64,000 nucleotides of DNA from a candidate division WOR-1 bacterium RIFOXYB2_FULL_42_35 (GCA_001771545.1 MEUC01000005.1:2379-66378); one strand, 5' to 3'. Positions 28,209-38,348 are shown, counted from the stretch's first letter. Numbers and translations are program-made. The notes: generated from the letters alone by a model not told the origin.

Positions 28209-29675
28209 ATGGCCTCAGAAGAAGACCTAAAAAAGCTCATTGAAGACAAGTTAAAAGGCTATAAATTCGTGGCGGTCTCCAACCGTGAGCCCTACATCCA
28301 CAAAGTCAGCGGCGATAAAATCAAATTCTTCCAGCCGGCTTCCGGTGTTGTCACAGCCCTTGATCCTGTTTTGCAAGCTTGTCATGGTTTATGGGTTGCC
28401 CACGGTAGCGGGGACGCTGACCGCAAGGTTGTTGACGATAAAAGCCGCATTCAAGTGCCCCCCAATGATCCCCAATATACACTTAAGCGTGTCTGGTTAA
28501 CCAAAGCCGAAGAAACCGGTTATTATTATGGTTTCGCTAATGAAGCCCTCTGGCCACTTTGCCACATCGTTTATACCAAACCAAAATTTAGCGAATCCGA
28601 CTGGAACTATTATAAATTGGTTAACGAACGCTTTGCCAAGGCTATTTTGGAAGAAATTGGCGATCAGGAAACCCTCTTATTCATCCAGGATTATCATTTT
28701 ATGCTGCTGCCCAAACTGATTAAAGACGCAAACCCAAAAGCTAAGATTGCGCTTTTCTGGCATATCCCCTGGCCCAACCCGGAAGTCTTTCGTATCTGCC
28801 CCTGGAAAAAAGAGCTCCTGGAAGGCTTACTTGGCGCCGATTTACTTGGGTTCCACCTCCGTTATCACGTTGATAATTTTTTGGAGACCATTAACCATAA
28901 TCTAGAAGCCAAGGTTGATAAGGTCGCCTCAAGTGTAACTTATAAAGGTATGGAAACTCTGGTCCGACCATATCCAATCAGTATTGATTTTGAAAAAATC
29001 GCTAAAGAAGCGGCCTCAAAAGCAACTCAGGATGATATTAAAAAGGTAAAAGAAGACTTAGGTATTACTTGTGAACTAATTGGGGTTGGGACAGATCGAA
29101 TTGATTACACTAAAGGGATTATAGAAAAATTTACTGCTATTGATCGTTTCCTGGAAAAATATCCGGAATATCAAGGCCGCTTTGTCTACATTCAAATTGG
29201 CTCCCTCAGCCGCATCCACCTTGATACCTACAAAAAACTTAACGATGATATTAATAGTTTGGTAGAAAGGATTAACTGGAAGTACTCTTCGGATCATTGG
29301 TCGCCGATTATTTTGATTCGCAAATATTTCACTCCTCAAGAACTTTTGGCCATTTATCGGATGGCTAATATTTGTTTGGTTACTTCCCTGCACGATGGCA
29401 TGAACCTGGTCGCTAAAGAATTTATCGCAGCTTGTTCTAAAGATAAAAGCATGTTGGTCTTATCACAATTTGCCGGCGCTGCCAGAGAACTAACCGACGC
29501 AGTTACTTTTAACCCCTATAATCCAGAAGAGTGCGCAGACGCGATAAGAACCGCCCTAACCATGCCGGCGGAAGAGAGAGAACAACGTGTCGAGAGAATG
29601 AAAGCAGTTGTAAAAGAAAACAATATCTATAATTGGGCTGCAAAAATCATCCAGGCCCTACTTAGATTGTCCTGA
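28209..29675 (+). CDS. otsA: Alpha,alpha-trehalose-phosphate synthase (UDP-forming), GT20
   Basis: VAVSNREPY, WVAHGSG, LLFIQDYHFMLLP, FFWHIPWP, GADLLGFH and LVTSLHDGMNLVAKEF are OtsA hallmarks. ATG at 28209. Confidence 0.9.
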   Translation: MASEEDLKKLIEDKLKGYKFVAVSNREPYIHKVSGDKIKFFQPASGVVTALDPVLQACHGLWVAHGSGDADRKVVDDKSRIQVPPNDPQYTLKRVWLTKAEETGYYYGFANEALWPLCHIVYTKPKFSESDWNYYKLVNERFAKAILEEIGDQETLLFIQDYHFMLLPKLIKDANPKAKIALFWHIPWPNPEVFRICPWKKELLEGLLGADLLGFHLRYHVDNFLETINHNLEAKVDKVASSVTYKGMETLVRPYPISIDFEKIAKEAASKATQDDIKKVKEDLGITCELIGVGTDRIDYTKGIIEKFTAIDRFLEKYPEYQGRFVYIQIGSLSRIHLDTYKKLNDDINSLVERINWKYSSDHWSPIILIRKYFTPQELLAIYRMANICLVTSLHDGMNLVAKEFIAACSKDKSMLVLSQFAGAARELTDAVTFNPYNPEECADAIRTALTMPAEEREQRVERMKAVVKENNIYNWAAKIIQALLRLS

Positions 29676-30385
29676 TGAAATATCTGCTGCTCCTTGACTA
29701 TGATGGAACTTTAACCCCAATAGTCAGCCGTCCAGAACTAGCCACTCTAACTCCAGAGAGAAGAAAGCTCCTCAAGCAATTAGCCAACAACAAAAACTTT
29801 AAAATAGCCTTGGTCTCTGGTCGCACTTTATCAAGCTTAAAAGCCATCGTCAAAATCCCGGGACTGATCTACATCGGCAATCACGGTTTTGAAATAAACT
29901 TTAAAAACAAACTAATCGTTCAACCGGAAGCTGCCAAAGCTATTCCCACTTTGAAACTCATTCTAAAAAAACTCAAAGAAGAACTAAGACCAATTATTGG
30001 CGTCATTGTTGAAGACAAAAAATATACTCTCAGCTTTCATTTTCGCTCGGTCGAAGCAAAAATGGTTCCCAAAGTAAAAAAGATTTTCTGGCAAGTCGTC
30101 AAACCATATCTAAAGAAAATTAGAGTAACAAAAGGCAAAAAGGTTTTCGAAGTCCGCCCTCCCCTTGATTGGCATAAAGGCCAAGCCGTGCTTTGGTTGC
30201 TCAAACAATTAAAAGGGGGATATTTACCTATCTATATTGGCGACGACGTAACTGACGAGGATGCGTTTAAGGCCATAAAACAGAGCTATCGCGTCGGCAG
30301 AAAGAAGAAAAGTTATGCCAGGCACACGCTAAGAAATGTCACGGAAGTCTACAGATTTCTTGGAACTCTAGTCAACTCCGCGTAG
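29675..30385 (+). CDS. otsB: Trehalose-6-phosphate phosphatase (HAD family)
   Basis: LLLDYDGTLTP DxDGT motif; IGDDVTDEDAF; ATGA overlap with otsA. Confidence 0.85.
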   Translation: MKYLLLLDYDGTLTPIVSRPELATLTPERRKLLKQLANNKNFKIALVSGRTLSSLKAIVKIPGLIYIGNHGFEINFKNKLIVQPEAAKAIPTLKLILKKLKEELRPIIGVIVEDKKYTLSFHFRSVEAKMVPKVKKIFWQVVKPYLKKIRVTKGKKVFEVRPPLDWHKGQAVLWLLKQLKGGYLPIYIGDDVTDEDAFKAIKQSYRVGRKKKSYARHTLRNVTEVYRFLGTLVNSA

Positions 30386-30448
30386 GAGAGCCTCTTAGGC
30401 TCTCCGTCTTAAGGTCAAACGGCAGAGGCTAAGAGCCTCAGCTACGCG
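30379..30448 (+). other. Structured three-stem element / complex terminator overlapping the otsB stop
   Basis: Outer stem CGCGTAG...CTACGCG encloses two hairpins, GGAGAGCC-tctta-GGCTCTCC and GAGGCT-aag-AGCCTC, followed by TTTGG. Confidence 0.45.
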
Positions 30449-30584
30449 TTTGGAGAAAAATTTCCCCCTCTTCCAATTTCCTCCAGCTATGCTAGTATTC
30501 TAGCAATGGAACAAATAATTAACAAGGAAGAAGGGATTGAAATTCCCTTCCCGATCAGGACCATAGTCACGAAAGGATCACAAC

Positions 30585-31322
30585 ATGTCTAAAATTAAAA
30601 AAGCCCAGAAACCCTTTACTTTTTTTAGCACTTCTTTACTGGTTGAGATTACCGGCAAAAAGGCCCATCACCTAAAAGAATTCATTGAAGTCTTGAAAAC
30701 CATTGATGAAAGTTCAATTTTTTACCATGTCCACCATTCGTTCCGGGAATATAACTTTGCCCCTGGCAAATATTCCAATGATTTTGCCCGCTGGGTTGCC
30801 GATGTATTAGAAGAAAACAGCCTGGCAGAAAAACTGGCCGCCATTAACATTGCTGATTTCACCTGTTTAGCTGGCTTACGTGATCGTCTGGTAGAAATTA
30901 TCACCAACCATCTTAATGCCAGCGTGGAAATCAGGAAAGCCAGCCCGGGCAGGGAATTCTATTTTCTACGTGCAGTGGCAATAATAAACCCTAGTTCCTA
31001 CCAGGCTTGGACACTGGGCCAATTTACCGAATGCCTGCAAAAAGTTGGTATGCGCTCCCTCTACCACCACTTCTTTGATGCCAGACTAAGGTTGGGACAT
31101 AAAACCAATGACTTTTCCAATTGGATAGATACAGCCTTAGGCAGAAAGGAACTTGCCCAAAAGATCGAACAGCTTGACCCATATTTTATGACCATGGACC
31201 AACTCAAAGGAAAAATTATCGAACTTTGTCTGGCCGAAGAAGAAAAAGAATATCACCTTCTCGATCTAACCAGATTTGTTGCCAAAAAAATTATCAACAA
31301 AGTCATTAGGAAACAATCATGA
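30585..31322 (+). CDS. Conserved hypothetical protein translationally coupled to treT
   Basis: 245 aa with no recognisable catalytic motif. ATGA overlap with the downstream TreT-like gene. 5' UTR hairpin GAAGGGA-ttgaaat-TCCCTTC. Confidence 0.4.
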   Translation: MSKIKKAQKPFTFFSTSLLVEITGKKAHHLKEFIEVLKTIDESSIFYHVHHSFREYNFAPGKYSNDFARWVADVLEENSLAEKLAAINIADFTCLAGLRDRLVEIITNHLNASVEIRKASPGREFYFLRAVAIINPSSYQAWTLGQFTECLQKVGMRSLYHHFFDARLRLGHKTNDFSNWIDTALGRKELAQKIEQLDPYFMTMDQLKGKIIELCLAEEEKEYHLLDLTRFVAKKIINKVIRKQS

Positions 31323-32548
31323 AAAAAATTAGCTTAAAAGATTACGCCGCAGTAACTCGAACACAAAACTTAGAAGAGATCGCCCTACTGGCAGAAAAGC
31401 TCAGCGGCCTAACCGTTAAAATGGTCAACTCCACTTCAATGGGCGGTGGAGTCGCGGAAATGCTCCATCGCACAGTCCCTCTCTTTAACGAGCTAGGGCT
31501 AAAGGTCCAGTGGGATGTAATTAAGGGCACCGGCGCCTTTTTTAATGTCACCAAAGCCTTTCACAATGGTCTGCATGGTAACGAGGTTGAGATTGACGAT
31601 AAGATGTTTGAGGTCTTCCTGGATGCCAATGAAAGTAATGCCAGTAACATGCGCTTTGATGAAGACATCATCGTTATCCATGATCCCCAACCTGCTGCCT
31701 TGATCAAAGAAAAAAACAAGACCTCGGCTAAATGGGTCTGGCGCTGTCATATAGATACCGCCACCCCCAACCTGCGCATTTGGAACTTCCTCCAACAGTT
31801 TATTAACAAATATGATGCTTCGATTTTTTCTGCTCCCAGCTTTGCTAAGGAGCTCCCTATCCCCCAATATATGATTTACCCGGCTATTGACCCGTTTGCC
31901 GATAAAAATAGGGATCTGACCAAACAAGAAATAGAAGATGTACTCAGAAAATACCAGGTTCCCACCAATAAACCTATCGTCCTGCAAATCTCACGCTTTG
32001 ACCGGCTTAAAGATCCCCTTGGCATATTTGAAACTTATAAGTTGGTTAAAAAACATGCTAATTGTCGTTTTGTTTATGCGGGAGGAACTGCAGACGATGA
32101 CCCGGAAGGAACAGCCGTACTGGCAGAACTACAAGAAAAAGCTGCCGGAGAAGAAGATTTTCAGATCATCCTGCTGCCCCCTTTTGCCGACATTGCCGTC
32201 AATGCCCTGCAGCGCACCGCAACAATAGTAATGCAAAAATCTTTGCGTGAGGGGTTTGGTTTAACGGTTACCGAAGCACTTTGGAAGTCAAAGCCGGTAA
32301 TTGCCAGCGCTGTTGGCGGGATTCCCCTGCAAATAATCAACGGCTTAACCGGCCAGTTGGTTCACTCTGTGGAAGGGGCTGCTTACCAGGTCAGGTATTT
32401 GCTTAACAATCCTCAAGTGGCTAAAAAACTGGGGCAATACGGCAAAGAACACGCTCGAGAGAAATTTTTACTTACCAGGGTTATCCGCAATTACCTCTTA
32501 CTCTTTATTGCCCTCCAGCACCCCGGCAAAAATATTATTGAGCTATAA
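31319..32548 (+). CDS. treT: Trehalose glycosyltransferring synthase TreT-like (GT4)
   Basis: VNSTSMGGGVAEMLHRTVPL..., VIHDPQPAAL, WVWRCHIDT, ISRFDRLKDP and the GT4 C-terminal EGFGLTVTEAL resemble archaeal/bacterial TreT. Confidence 0.6.
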   Translation: MKKISLKDYAAVTRTQNLEEIALLAEKLSGLTVKMVNSTSMGGGVAEMLHRTVPLFNELGLKVQWDVIKGTGAFFNVTKAFHNGLHGNEVEIDDKMFEVFLDANESNASNMRFDEDIIVIHDPQPAALIKEKNKTSAKWVWRCHIDTATPNLRIWNFLQQFINKYDASIFSAPSFAKELPIPQYMIYPAIDPFADKNRDLTKQEIEDVLRKYQVPTNKPIVLQISRFDRLKDPLGIFETYKLVKKHANCRFVYAGGTADDDPEGTAVLAELQEKAAGEEDFQIILLPPFADIAVNALQRTATIVMQKSLREGFGLTVTEALWKSKPVIASAVGGIPLQIINGLTGQLVHSVEGAAYQVRYLLNNPQVAKKLGQYGKEHAREKFLLTRVIRNYLLLFIALQHPGKNIIEL

Positions 32549-32592
32549 GAATTAGTTTCCCTCAAGAAATACAGTAGCCCACAAAAAAGATC

Positions 32593-32637
32593 AAGCCCTA
32601 TAAGCAAAGATAAACTATTGCCTATAGGGCTTTTGGC
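32593..32637. terminator. Bidirectional rho-independent terminator between treT and the wza-like gene
   Basis: 10-bp stem AAGCCCTATA/TATAGGGCTT with T-run on plus side and TCTTTTTT on minus side. Confidence 0.65.
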
Positions 32638-32642
32638 CTTAA

Positions 32643-35171
32643 CTATTTATTGGCTGTTATGTAGAGCAGATAAACTGAGACCAGTGAGGTCGTAAGGCTG
32701 GCCAGGGTTTTGGCCACATCACCAGCCGTCCCCCAGAATTGATTCCAGTCAAAAGGTTTTTGGTATCTGGTTAAACTGAGGGGCTTGGTCGGCACAAAAA
32801 TCGTGTCTCCTGGTTTAACAGCCATAGTCCAGTTAATCTTTTCTGTTTTGCCGCTAACTCGCAAGACACGAGTTTCCTTAAAATCGGCAAAAGTAGTTTC
32901 TCCGCCACAAGCATTAACATAATCATTAACCGTTTTACCTTTTTCATACAAAATAGTGGCCGGAGAATATATTTCTCCCAACACAATTACCCCCATTTCC
33001 TTATTAGGAATAGTTAAGCTGTCCCCTGCCTGTAAAACTATATCCTGGTCACTGCCGGTCTTAAGATTGCCTAGTTGTATCACCACTCGACCGGGAATAT
33101 CCATTTCTAATTTTCTCAGGGCAAAGTCATATTCCCGATTGATTGATCCGGCACGAAACTCCGCTTCTCCTGAAGGCAACCCATAAGGAATTTCACTTAA
33201 TTCACGTCTCTTATTCTCAGCAAACTCTTTCTTAACCTTCTCAATCTCACTAAGCTGTTTTGCTTTCAATGCTTCACGGATAAAAACAGCCCCTTCCAGA
33301 AAAGCCTTGTCGGTAAAACCGCCGGCTCTGTCTATTACCGAGCTTAGGTGTTCACCCTTATGAAGAATATAGTTGCCGGGATATAACACATTGCCCTTTA
33401 AGGTAACGATATTAACAGAAAAATAATCGGGGTCTATACGAACAAACAAATAATCGTTCTTTTGCAAAAGAAGATCTTCGTTTTTGTCTTTATCGGTTAA
33501 AATTCTTTTTAAATCAAGGGTATAAATAACAACTTGATTCTTTTCATTACGAATCAACTCAGCCTTGTGAAAGGCACTCTCTTTCAGTCCACCTGCCTGG
33601 AAGATTAAATCAGAGACATGCATTCCTTGAGTTAAAGGGAAAGAAGAATCACCGTCATTAATTTCTCCATTAACATAAACAGTTGGACTCCCTTCAAGCT
33701 CGGTCTTAGAAAAAATACGGATTTTATCAAACTCTTTTAGATAGGGATTATTCTCTACCTCCCCCGCTTTCAATAAAGATAAATCAATTGCCATAATTTT
33801 CGGACGCATATCCGGAGGAACCAACCTAATAATTTGAGCCCGCTGCATATAGGTCTCCGGCGCCAGACCTTGTGCCTTCGCCAACAAATCACCTAGACGC
33901 ATCCCTGACTCCAGCTCATAACGCCCGGGTCTGATCACATTGCCTTGCAAATAAACAACATTTTTAATGGTTGAAGTAATTGAAAAAACCGTAATGTAGT
34001 CTAGATTGCTAAGGTAGACCGGTTGGCTATCTTTTGTTTTGAGATAATCGGCATAATCAATATCAATAGCTGTTTCTGCACGATTGTCTTTTTTGCGCTC
34101 TATTTGTAAACGCTGAAGATAAGTGGTTGGGGTTATCCCTCCGGCTAAGCCAACAATAAAATCATTCAAGTCTGTTTTTCCTTTTAACTCGTAGATAGCC
34201 GGCCGCCGAACATTACCACTAATAGCAATCGTCTCTCCTATAGGAGGGATCTGGACAACATCACCACTTTTCATGATAACATCACCTGGTTTTTTGCCAT
34301 GCAGAATAAACTGATAAAGGTCAACAGCTTGAATAACCTGGTTATTGCGGAGTAACTTTATGTTCCGTAAAGAGCCCACTCGTGTTGGCCCTCCGGCCAT
34401 AAAAATAGCATCATAAAGAGTGTTATTGGATTTTATTGTATAGGCCCCAGGATTGGCAACCTCACCAATAACATAAATCTTAATCGAGCCAATTTCTTTA
34501 AGAGTCAAATCAAGATTAAAGTCCGCCACATAAGTCTCTGCCAGCCTTTGCGTCAGGATATCTTTGGCTTTGGCAAGGCTATAGCCGGCCAACTGGATTA
34601 CCCCAACCTTAGGTAAGGTCACTGTACCACGCTCATCAACCTCCAAAGCATAGGTATCATTGATGTTCCCCCAAATAGTCACAACCAACTGGTCACCGGT
34701 GTTGATATTATAGTCAACCCCTAAAGGGATCCCTGCTGTTGAGCTAAAACGTTGGCCAACTGTCTTACTAAAGACATTATAACCAAACTGCCTTAAAGTT
34801 GTGGATTGATCGCCAACCTGACGGGTAAACCCCTGTTCAATAGCAGAAAGTTCCGCTGCAACCGCAGCTTCTTTTTGGTCACCAGGCACAATAGTCTCAT
34901 CGTCTTTTAAAGTGGTTTGCTCAAGATCCACTGCCTGTTTTACAACAGGCTTAGTTGTGCCACTGGCAGACGGTTGAGGAGTATCAAATCCCAAAGCCTT
35001 CTTAATTTCATCTTTTTGTTGAGGTGTTAAATTTTTAACTTCCTCCTTTTGTTGGGGAGTCAGATTATTTATAGTTGTTGTGACATCCGCTGCCAAGGCT
35101 GGCAAGGGACAAATTGTATTTAATAAACAGATCACCAAAAAAACACTTATCCTCTTAAGCACAAATTTCAT
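32643..35171 (-). CDS. Polysaccharide export protein (Wza-like, multiple SLBB domains)
   Basis: Signal peptide, repeated SLBB beta-grasp units (G.V..PG.Y.L..g.tL.dai..AGG) and a C-terminal TM helix. Confidence 0.7.
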   Translation of the reverse strand: MKFVLKRISVFLVICLLNTICPLPALAADVTTTINNLTPQQKEEVKNLTPQQKDEIKKALGFDTPQPSASGTTKPVVKQAVDLEQTTLKDDETIVPGDQKEAAVAAELSAIEQGFTRQVGDQSTTLRQFGYNVFSKTVGQRFSSTAGIPLGVDYNINTGDQLVVTIWGNINDTYALEVDERGTVTLPKVGVIQLAGYSLAKAKDILTQRLAETYVADFNLDLTLKEIGSIKIYVIGEVANPGAYTIKSNNTLYDAIFMAGGPTRVGSLRNIKLLRNNQVIQAVDLYQFILHGKKPGDVIMKSGDVVQIPPIGETIAISGNVRRPAIYELKGKTDLNDFIVGLAGGITPTTYLQRLQIERKKDNRAETAIDIDYADYLKTKDSQPVYLSNLDYITVFSITSTIKNVVYLQGNVIRPGRYELESGMRLGDLLAKAQGLAPETYMQRAQIIRLVPPDMRPKIMAIDLSLLKAGEVENNPYLKEFDKIRIFSKTELEGSPTVYVNGEINDGDSSFPLTQGMHVSDLIFQAGGLKESAFHKAELIRNEKNQVVIYTLDLKRILTDKDKNEDLLLQKNDYLFVRIDPDYFSVNIVTLKGNVLYPGNYILHKGEHLSSVIDRAGGFTDKAFLEGAVFIREALKAKQLSEIEKVKKEFAENKRRELSEIPYGLPSGEAEFRAGSINREYDFALRKLEMDIPGRVVIQLGNLKTGSDQDIVLQAGDSLTIPNKEMGVIVLGEIYSPATILYEKGKTVNDYVNACGGETTFADFKETRVLRVSGKTEKINWTMAVKPGDTIFVPTKPLSLTRYQKPFDWNQFWGTAGDVAKTLASLTTSLVSVYLLYITANK

Positions 35172-35932
35172 CTAGAACTCTCCTTTTTAATATTAACATT
35201 GTTAAGCAGAGAAAGACTCTTTATGTAATTTAAAAAGAAAGCAAACATAATGCCGATAATCAGGGCTACAACGCCGGAAAATACTATTTTTTTCGACCCC
35301 CCCCTGCCAACAGCAAACCTTGGGGAGACTGCTGGGTCAAGGGGCTGGAGAGACAAACCTAGGGAATTTTTCAATGAATATTCTTGCAACTTTTTCACAT
35401 AGGTGTTAGCAATAATGTCTACCAACTTAGGGTCAGAAGAAGTCGCGGTAACGCGTAACAACCTGCCTTTAAGATCGCTTTTTACAGAACCCTTCACCAA
35501 ACCAACTATTACTTCTTCTGATGAACTGGCTTTGATTCCCTCAAACCCCTGACCATTAATCTTGCTTTTTTTATCATATTTAGCTAACCATTCGTCCAAA
35601 AAGCCCTTTTGCTTCAAGTCCTGCGCTACTGCCACGGCTAATATGCGACTATCAATAATAACATCTAGCACCGTATCACTACTCTGGCCAGAACGGCCGA
35701 AGAAAGAGGCAAATAGATTATTAATATTACTAGAAAACTCTTCCTTTGATTGCAGGACTAAAACAGTGGCTTCTGCCTCATAGACACTAGGCTGGCTAAG
35801 CCCCTGCCAGGTAGATACAGCAATAGCTAGAATGACTAAAGTCATAATCAGGAACTTATATTTATTTAGAACCTTAAGTAAATCAATTATATTGATTTCA
35901 TCTTCCATAATCAGCTCCTCAGAAACAACCAT
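35168..35932 (-). CDS. Polysaccharide chain-length determinant (Wzz/PCP-type, two TM)
   Basis: N-terminal IDLLKVLNKYKFLIMTLVILAIAVS TM helix plus a C-terminal TM (IVFSGVVALIIGIMFAFFL), with a periplasmic domain between. Confidence 0.6.
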   Translation of the reverse strand: MVVSEELIMEDEINIIDLLKVLNKYKFLIMTLVILAIAVSTWQGLSQPSVYEAEATVLVLQSKEEFSSNINNLFASFFGRSGQSSDTVLDVIIDSRILAVAVAQDLKQKGFLDEWLAKYDKKSKINGQGFEGIKASSSEEVIVGLVKGSVKSDLKGRLLRVTATSSDPKLVDIIANTYVKKLQEYSLKNSLGLSLQPLDPAVSPRFAVGRGGSKKIVFSGVVALIIGIMFAFFLNYIKSLSLLNNVNIKKESSR

Positions 35933-36054
35933 TATACTTCAGATCAATCAAACACTCAAGACTGCTGCGGACTACTCGACGAATAAACTTCTATTTTTAA
36001 CAAAAAAAAGGCTCCAAAATAATTAAGCATTGGAAAACATTACAAAAATATAAA

Positions 36055-37104
36055 TTATTTTACCACCATAGAACGAACAGCAGAAGATACTCCTGGGCCA
36101 AAAGCAGCTGATTGCTCAATCTTAGCCCAATTATCTTTAAACCATTTGATAGTCTCATCTAGTCCTTCATCAAAATCTGTCTGAGGATTATACCCCACCA
36201 ACTTGCGGGCTTTTTCAACAGAAGCAAGCAAGCGACTCTTAGTATCCCACTTTCTTTTCGGAGAAAATTTAATGCCGGCAGGATTCCCGGTTAAGGCATT
36301 AATTTTTTCGGCCAACTCTTTAATCATTGTCTCGCGCTCCGAAGCCAGATTAAACTCTTGCCCAATCGCCGCTTCAATTACTCCTGCCCGTAATAAACCA
36401 TCAACAATATCACCTACAAAAGTAAAATCCCTGGTTTCCTCCCCGGTCCCTGTAATTGGTAAAGGCATTTTCTTGAGCGCCCAATATATGAAATTAGGTA
36501 TCACATTGCGATACTGCCCGGGAATCTCTCCCGGCCCATAAGAATTGAAGAACCTGGTTTTAACCACCGGAACCTCATAGTGGTGGTGGAAAAAATTGCA
36601 ATACAACTCCCCCAACATCTTGGTAATTTGATATGGAGTAGTGAGATGCATCGACATAAACTCTTCTTTTAATGGCAAGGGCGCTTTAGACCCGTAAATG
36701 GAACAACCGGAAGAAGCATAGACAAAACGTTTTACTTTGGCCTTAGTCAGAGTAGCATATTCAAGTAATTTAAGGGTCCCCTGTCCATTAACATCCAAAT
36801 CTTCTTCCGGATGATCAACAGAGTTTTGGTTAGCAAAAAAAGCTGCTAAATGAAAGATATATTCCGGTTCTTCAAAAAAGACTCGTTTTAACTTAATTTC
36901 ATTCCGAATATCACCTTCGACAAATAAAACATTAGGTAAAGAAGGGATGTTCCAACGCTCGGCAGAGGAAAGGTTGTCTAAAATGATCACCTTGGCAGCG
37001 CCAGCCTCAGCTAAGGCCTTAACTAAGTTACTGCCAATGGCCCCAGCCCCTCCAGTAACTAAGACTGTTGCTCCTTGATAAGCCTTTAAATATTCTGTAG
37101 TCAT
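36055..37104 (-). CDS. NAD-dependent sugar epimerase/dehydratase (SDR, UDP-glucuronate decarboxylase / 4,6-dehydratase-like)
   Basis: VLVTGGAGAIGSNLV, YASSGCSIYG and YxxxK (YQITKMLGE). Confidence 0.8.
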   Translation of the reverse strand: MTTEYLKAYQGATVLVTGGAGAIGSNLVKALAEAGAAKVIILDNLSSAERWNIPSLPNVLFVEGDIRNEIKLKRVFFEEPEYIFHLAAFFANQNSVDHPEEDLDVNGQGTLKLLEYATLTKAKVKRFVYASSGCSIYGSKAPLPLKEEFMSMHLTTPYQITKMLGELYCNFFHHHYEVPVVKTRFFNSYGPGEIPGQYRNVIPNFIYWALKKMPLPITGTGEETRDFTFVGDIVDGLLRAGVIEAAIGQEFNLASERETMIKELAEKINALTGNPAGIKFSPKRKWDTKSRLLASVEKARKLVGYNPQTDFDEGLDETIKWFKDNWAKIEQSAAFGPGVSSAVRSMVVK

Positions 37105-38348
37105 TACTTTACCGCCTCTTTAATGATATTTTCGAAAGATGTCACACAAGCTTCACGAGAGAAGTACTTTTCTGCGGCTTGCCGCCCATTCTGACCCATC
37201 TCGTCCCGCAACTTTTTATCATTATATAGTTTCAAGACCGCTTGCGCAAGCTCAGCCGGGTTTTCGGCCTCAACACTTAGGCCACAGTTATGTTCTGCCA
37301 CAATCTTAACTGCATCACTTTTACAAGAGACGCTGACAATTGCAGGAAGTCCTGCAGCCATAATGCTTAAAAGCTTACTAGGCACAACAGGAGTAGCCAG
37401 GGCTTTACGAAGTGTTACCAAAGAAACATCTGAACTATGAAGAATTAAAGGATAAAGGTTATGTGGTTGGGTTGGTACAAAAAGGACATTTGTAAGACCA
37501 AGTTCTTTAACTTGAGCCTCCAAAGCTGGCTTCTTGACCCCATCACCGACTAAAACAAATTTGATATTATCGGTCCTGAGTCTTGTGTCCTGAATCTTGT
37601 GTCTTTGCAAAATCTCCGCCGCTCTAACAACAACATCAAGTCCCTGAGCAAACCCCATTACCCCGGCAAAAGAGACCACAAACTTGTCTTTTAAATCATA
37701 TTTACGGCTGAAATCATTATCTCTGGCTCCAGGTTGGATAGCTAAAGTATTAACCCAGTTATGAGCAATCTTTACCCGCTCCTCTTTGGCCCCTTTAGTG
37801 ACGACATAATCCTTATTGCCGGCAGAATGAACCGCAACATAATCGGACTTTTTATAAACGAACTTTTCCATAATTTGAGAAAGCTTAATCAATGATTTAT
37901 TATTTAACAAACCCAGATCAATCACAGTTTGCGGATAAAGATCCTGGATATTACTAATCAAGGGGCTTCTTTTCATCCTTCCCAGCCAATACCCGGCAAG
38001 TCCCAAAGTAAGTGGCGGCGAATAGATCAGAATGGCATCCACTTTTTTCACCCTTAAGCCGCCAAGAAAGAAAATTATGGCCAAAAGAAAATGCTCAACC
38101 CCACGAAAGAAAGGACTTGTCCTCACTAAAGGTGGGGTTTGATAACGAAAAACATTTATGCCGGCAATTGTTTCCCTGTTAGGCAAAGCCTTAAGATCCG
38201 TCCCTTCGGCAACATTATAAAGAGGCTTGCGAGTCACCACAGAAACTTTATGGCCCCGTCTAACCAGTGATTCTGCCAATTCAAAAAAAAGGGTGGCACA
38301 GGATTTTGTTTCCGGAGGGAAAGCCTCAGATAAAATAAGTAGATGCAT
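37104..38348 (-). CDS. Glycosyltransferase family 4
   Basis: GT-B fold with C-terminal GT1-type motif. The probable start is MHLLILSEAFPP (the track ORF extends to 38393). Confidence 0.7.
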   Translation of the reverse strand: MHLLILSEAFPPETKSCATLFFELAESLVRRGHKVSVVTRKPLYNVAEGTDLKALPNRETIAGINVFRYQTPPLVRTSPFFRGVEHFLLAIIFFLGGLRVKKVDAILIYSPPLTLGLAGYWLGRMKRSPLISNIQDLYPQTVIDLGLLNNKSLIKLSQIMEKFVYKKSDYVAVHSAGNKDYVVTKGAKEERVKIAHNWVNTLAIQPGARDNDFSRKYDLKDKFVVSFAGVMGFAQGLDVVVRAAEILQRHKIQDTRLRTDNIKFVLVGDGVKKPALEAQVKELGLTNVLFVPTQPHNLYPLILHSSDVSLVTLRKALATPVVPSKLLSIMAAGLPAIVSVSCKSDAVKIVAEHNCGLSVEAENPAELAQAVLKLYNDKKLRDEMGQNGRQAAEKYFSREACVTSFENIIKEAVK

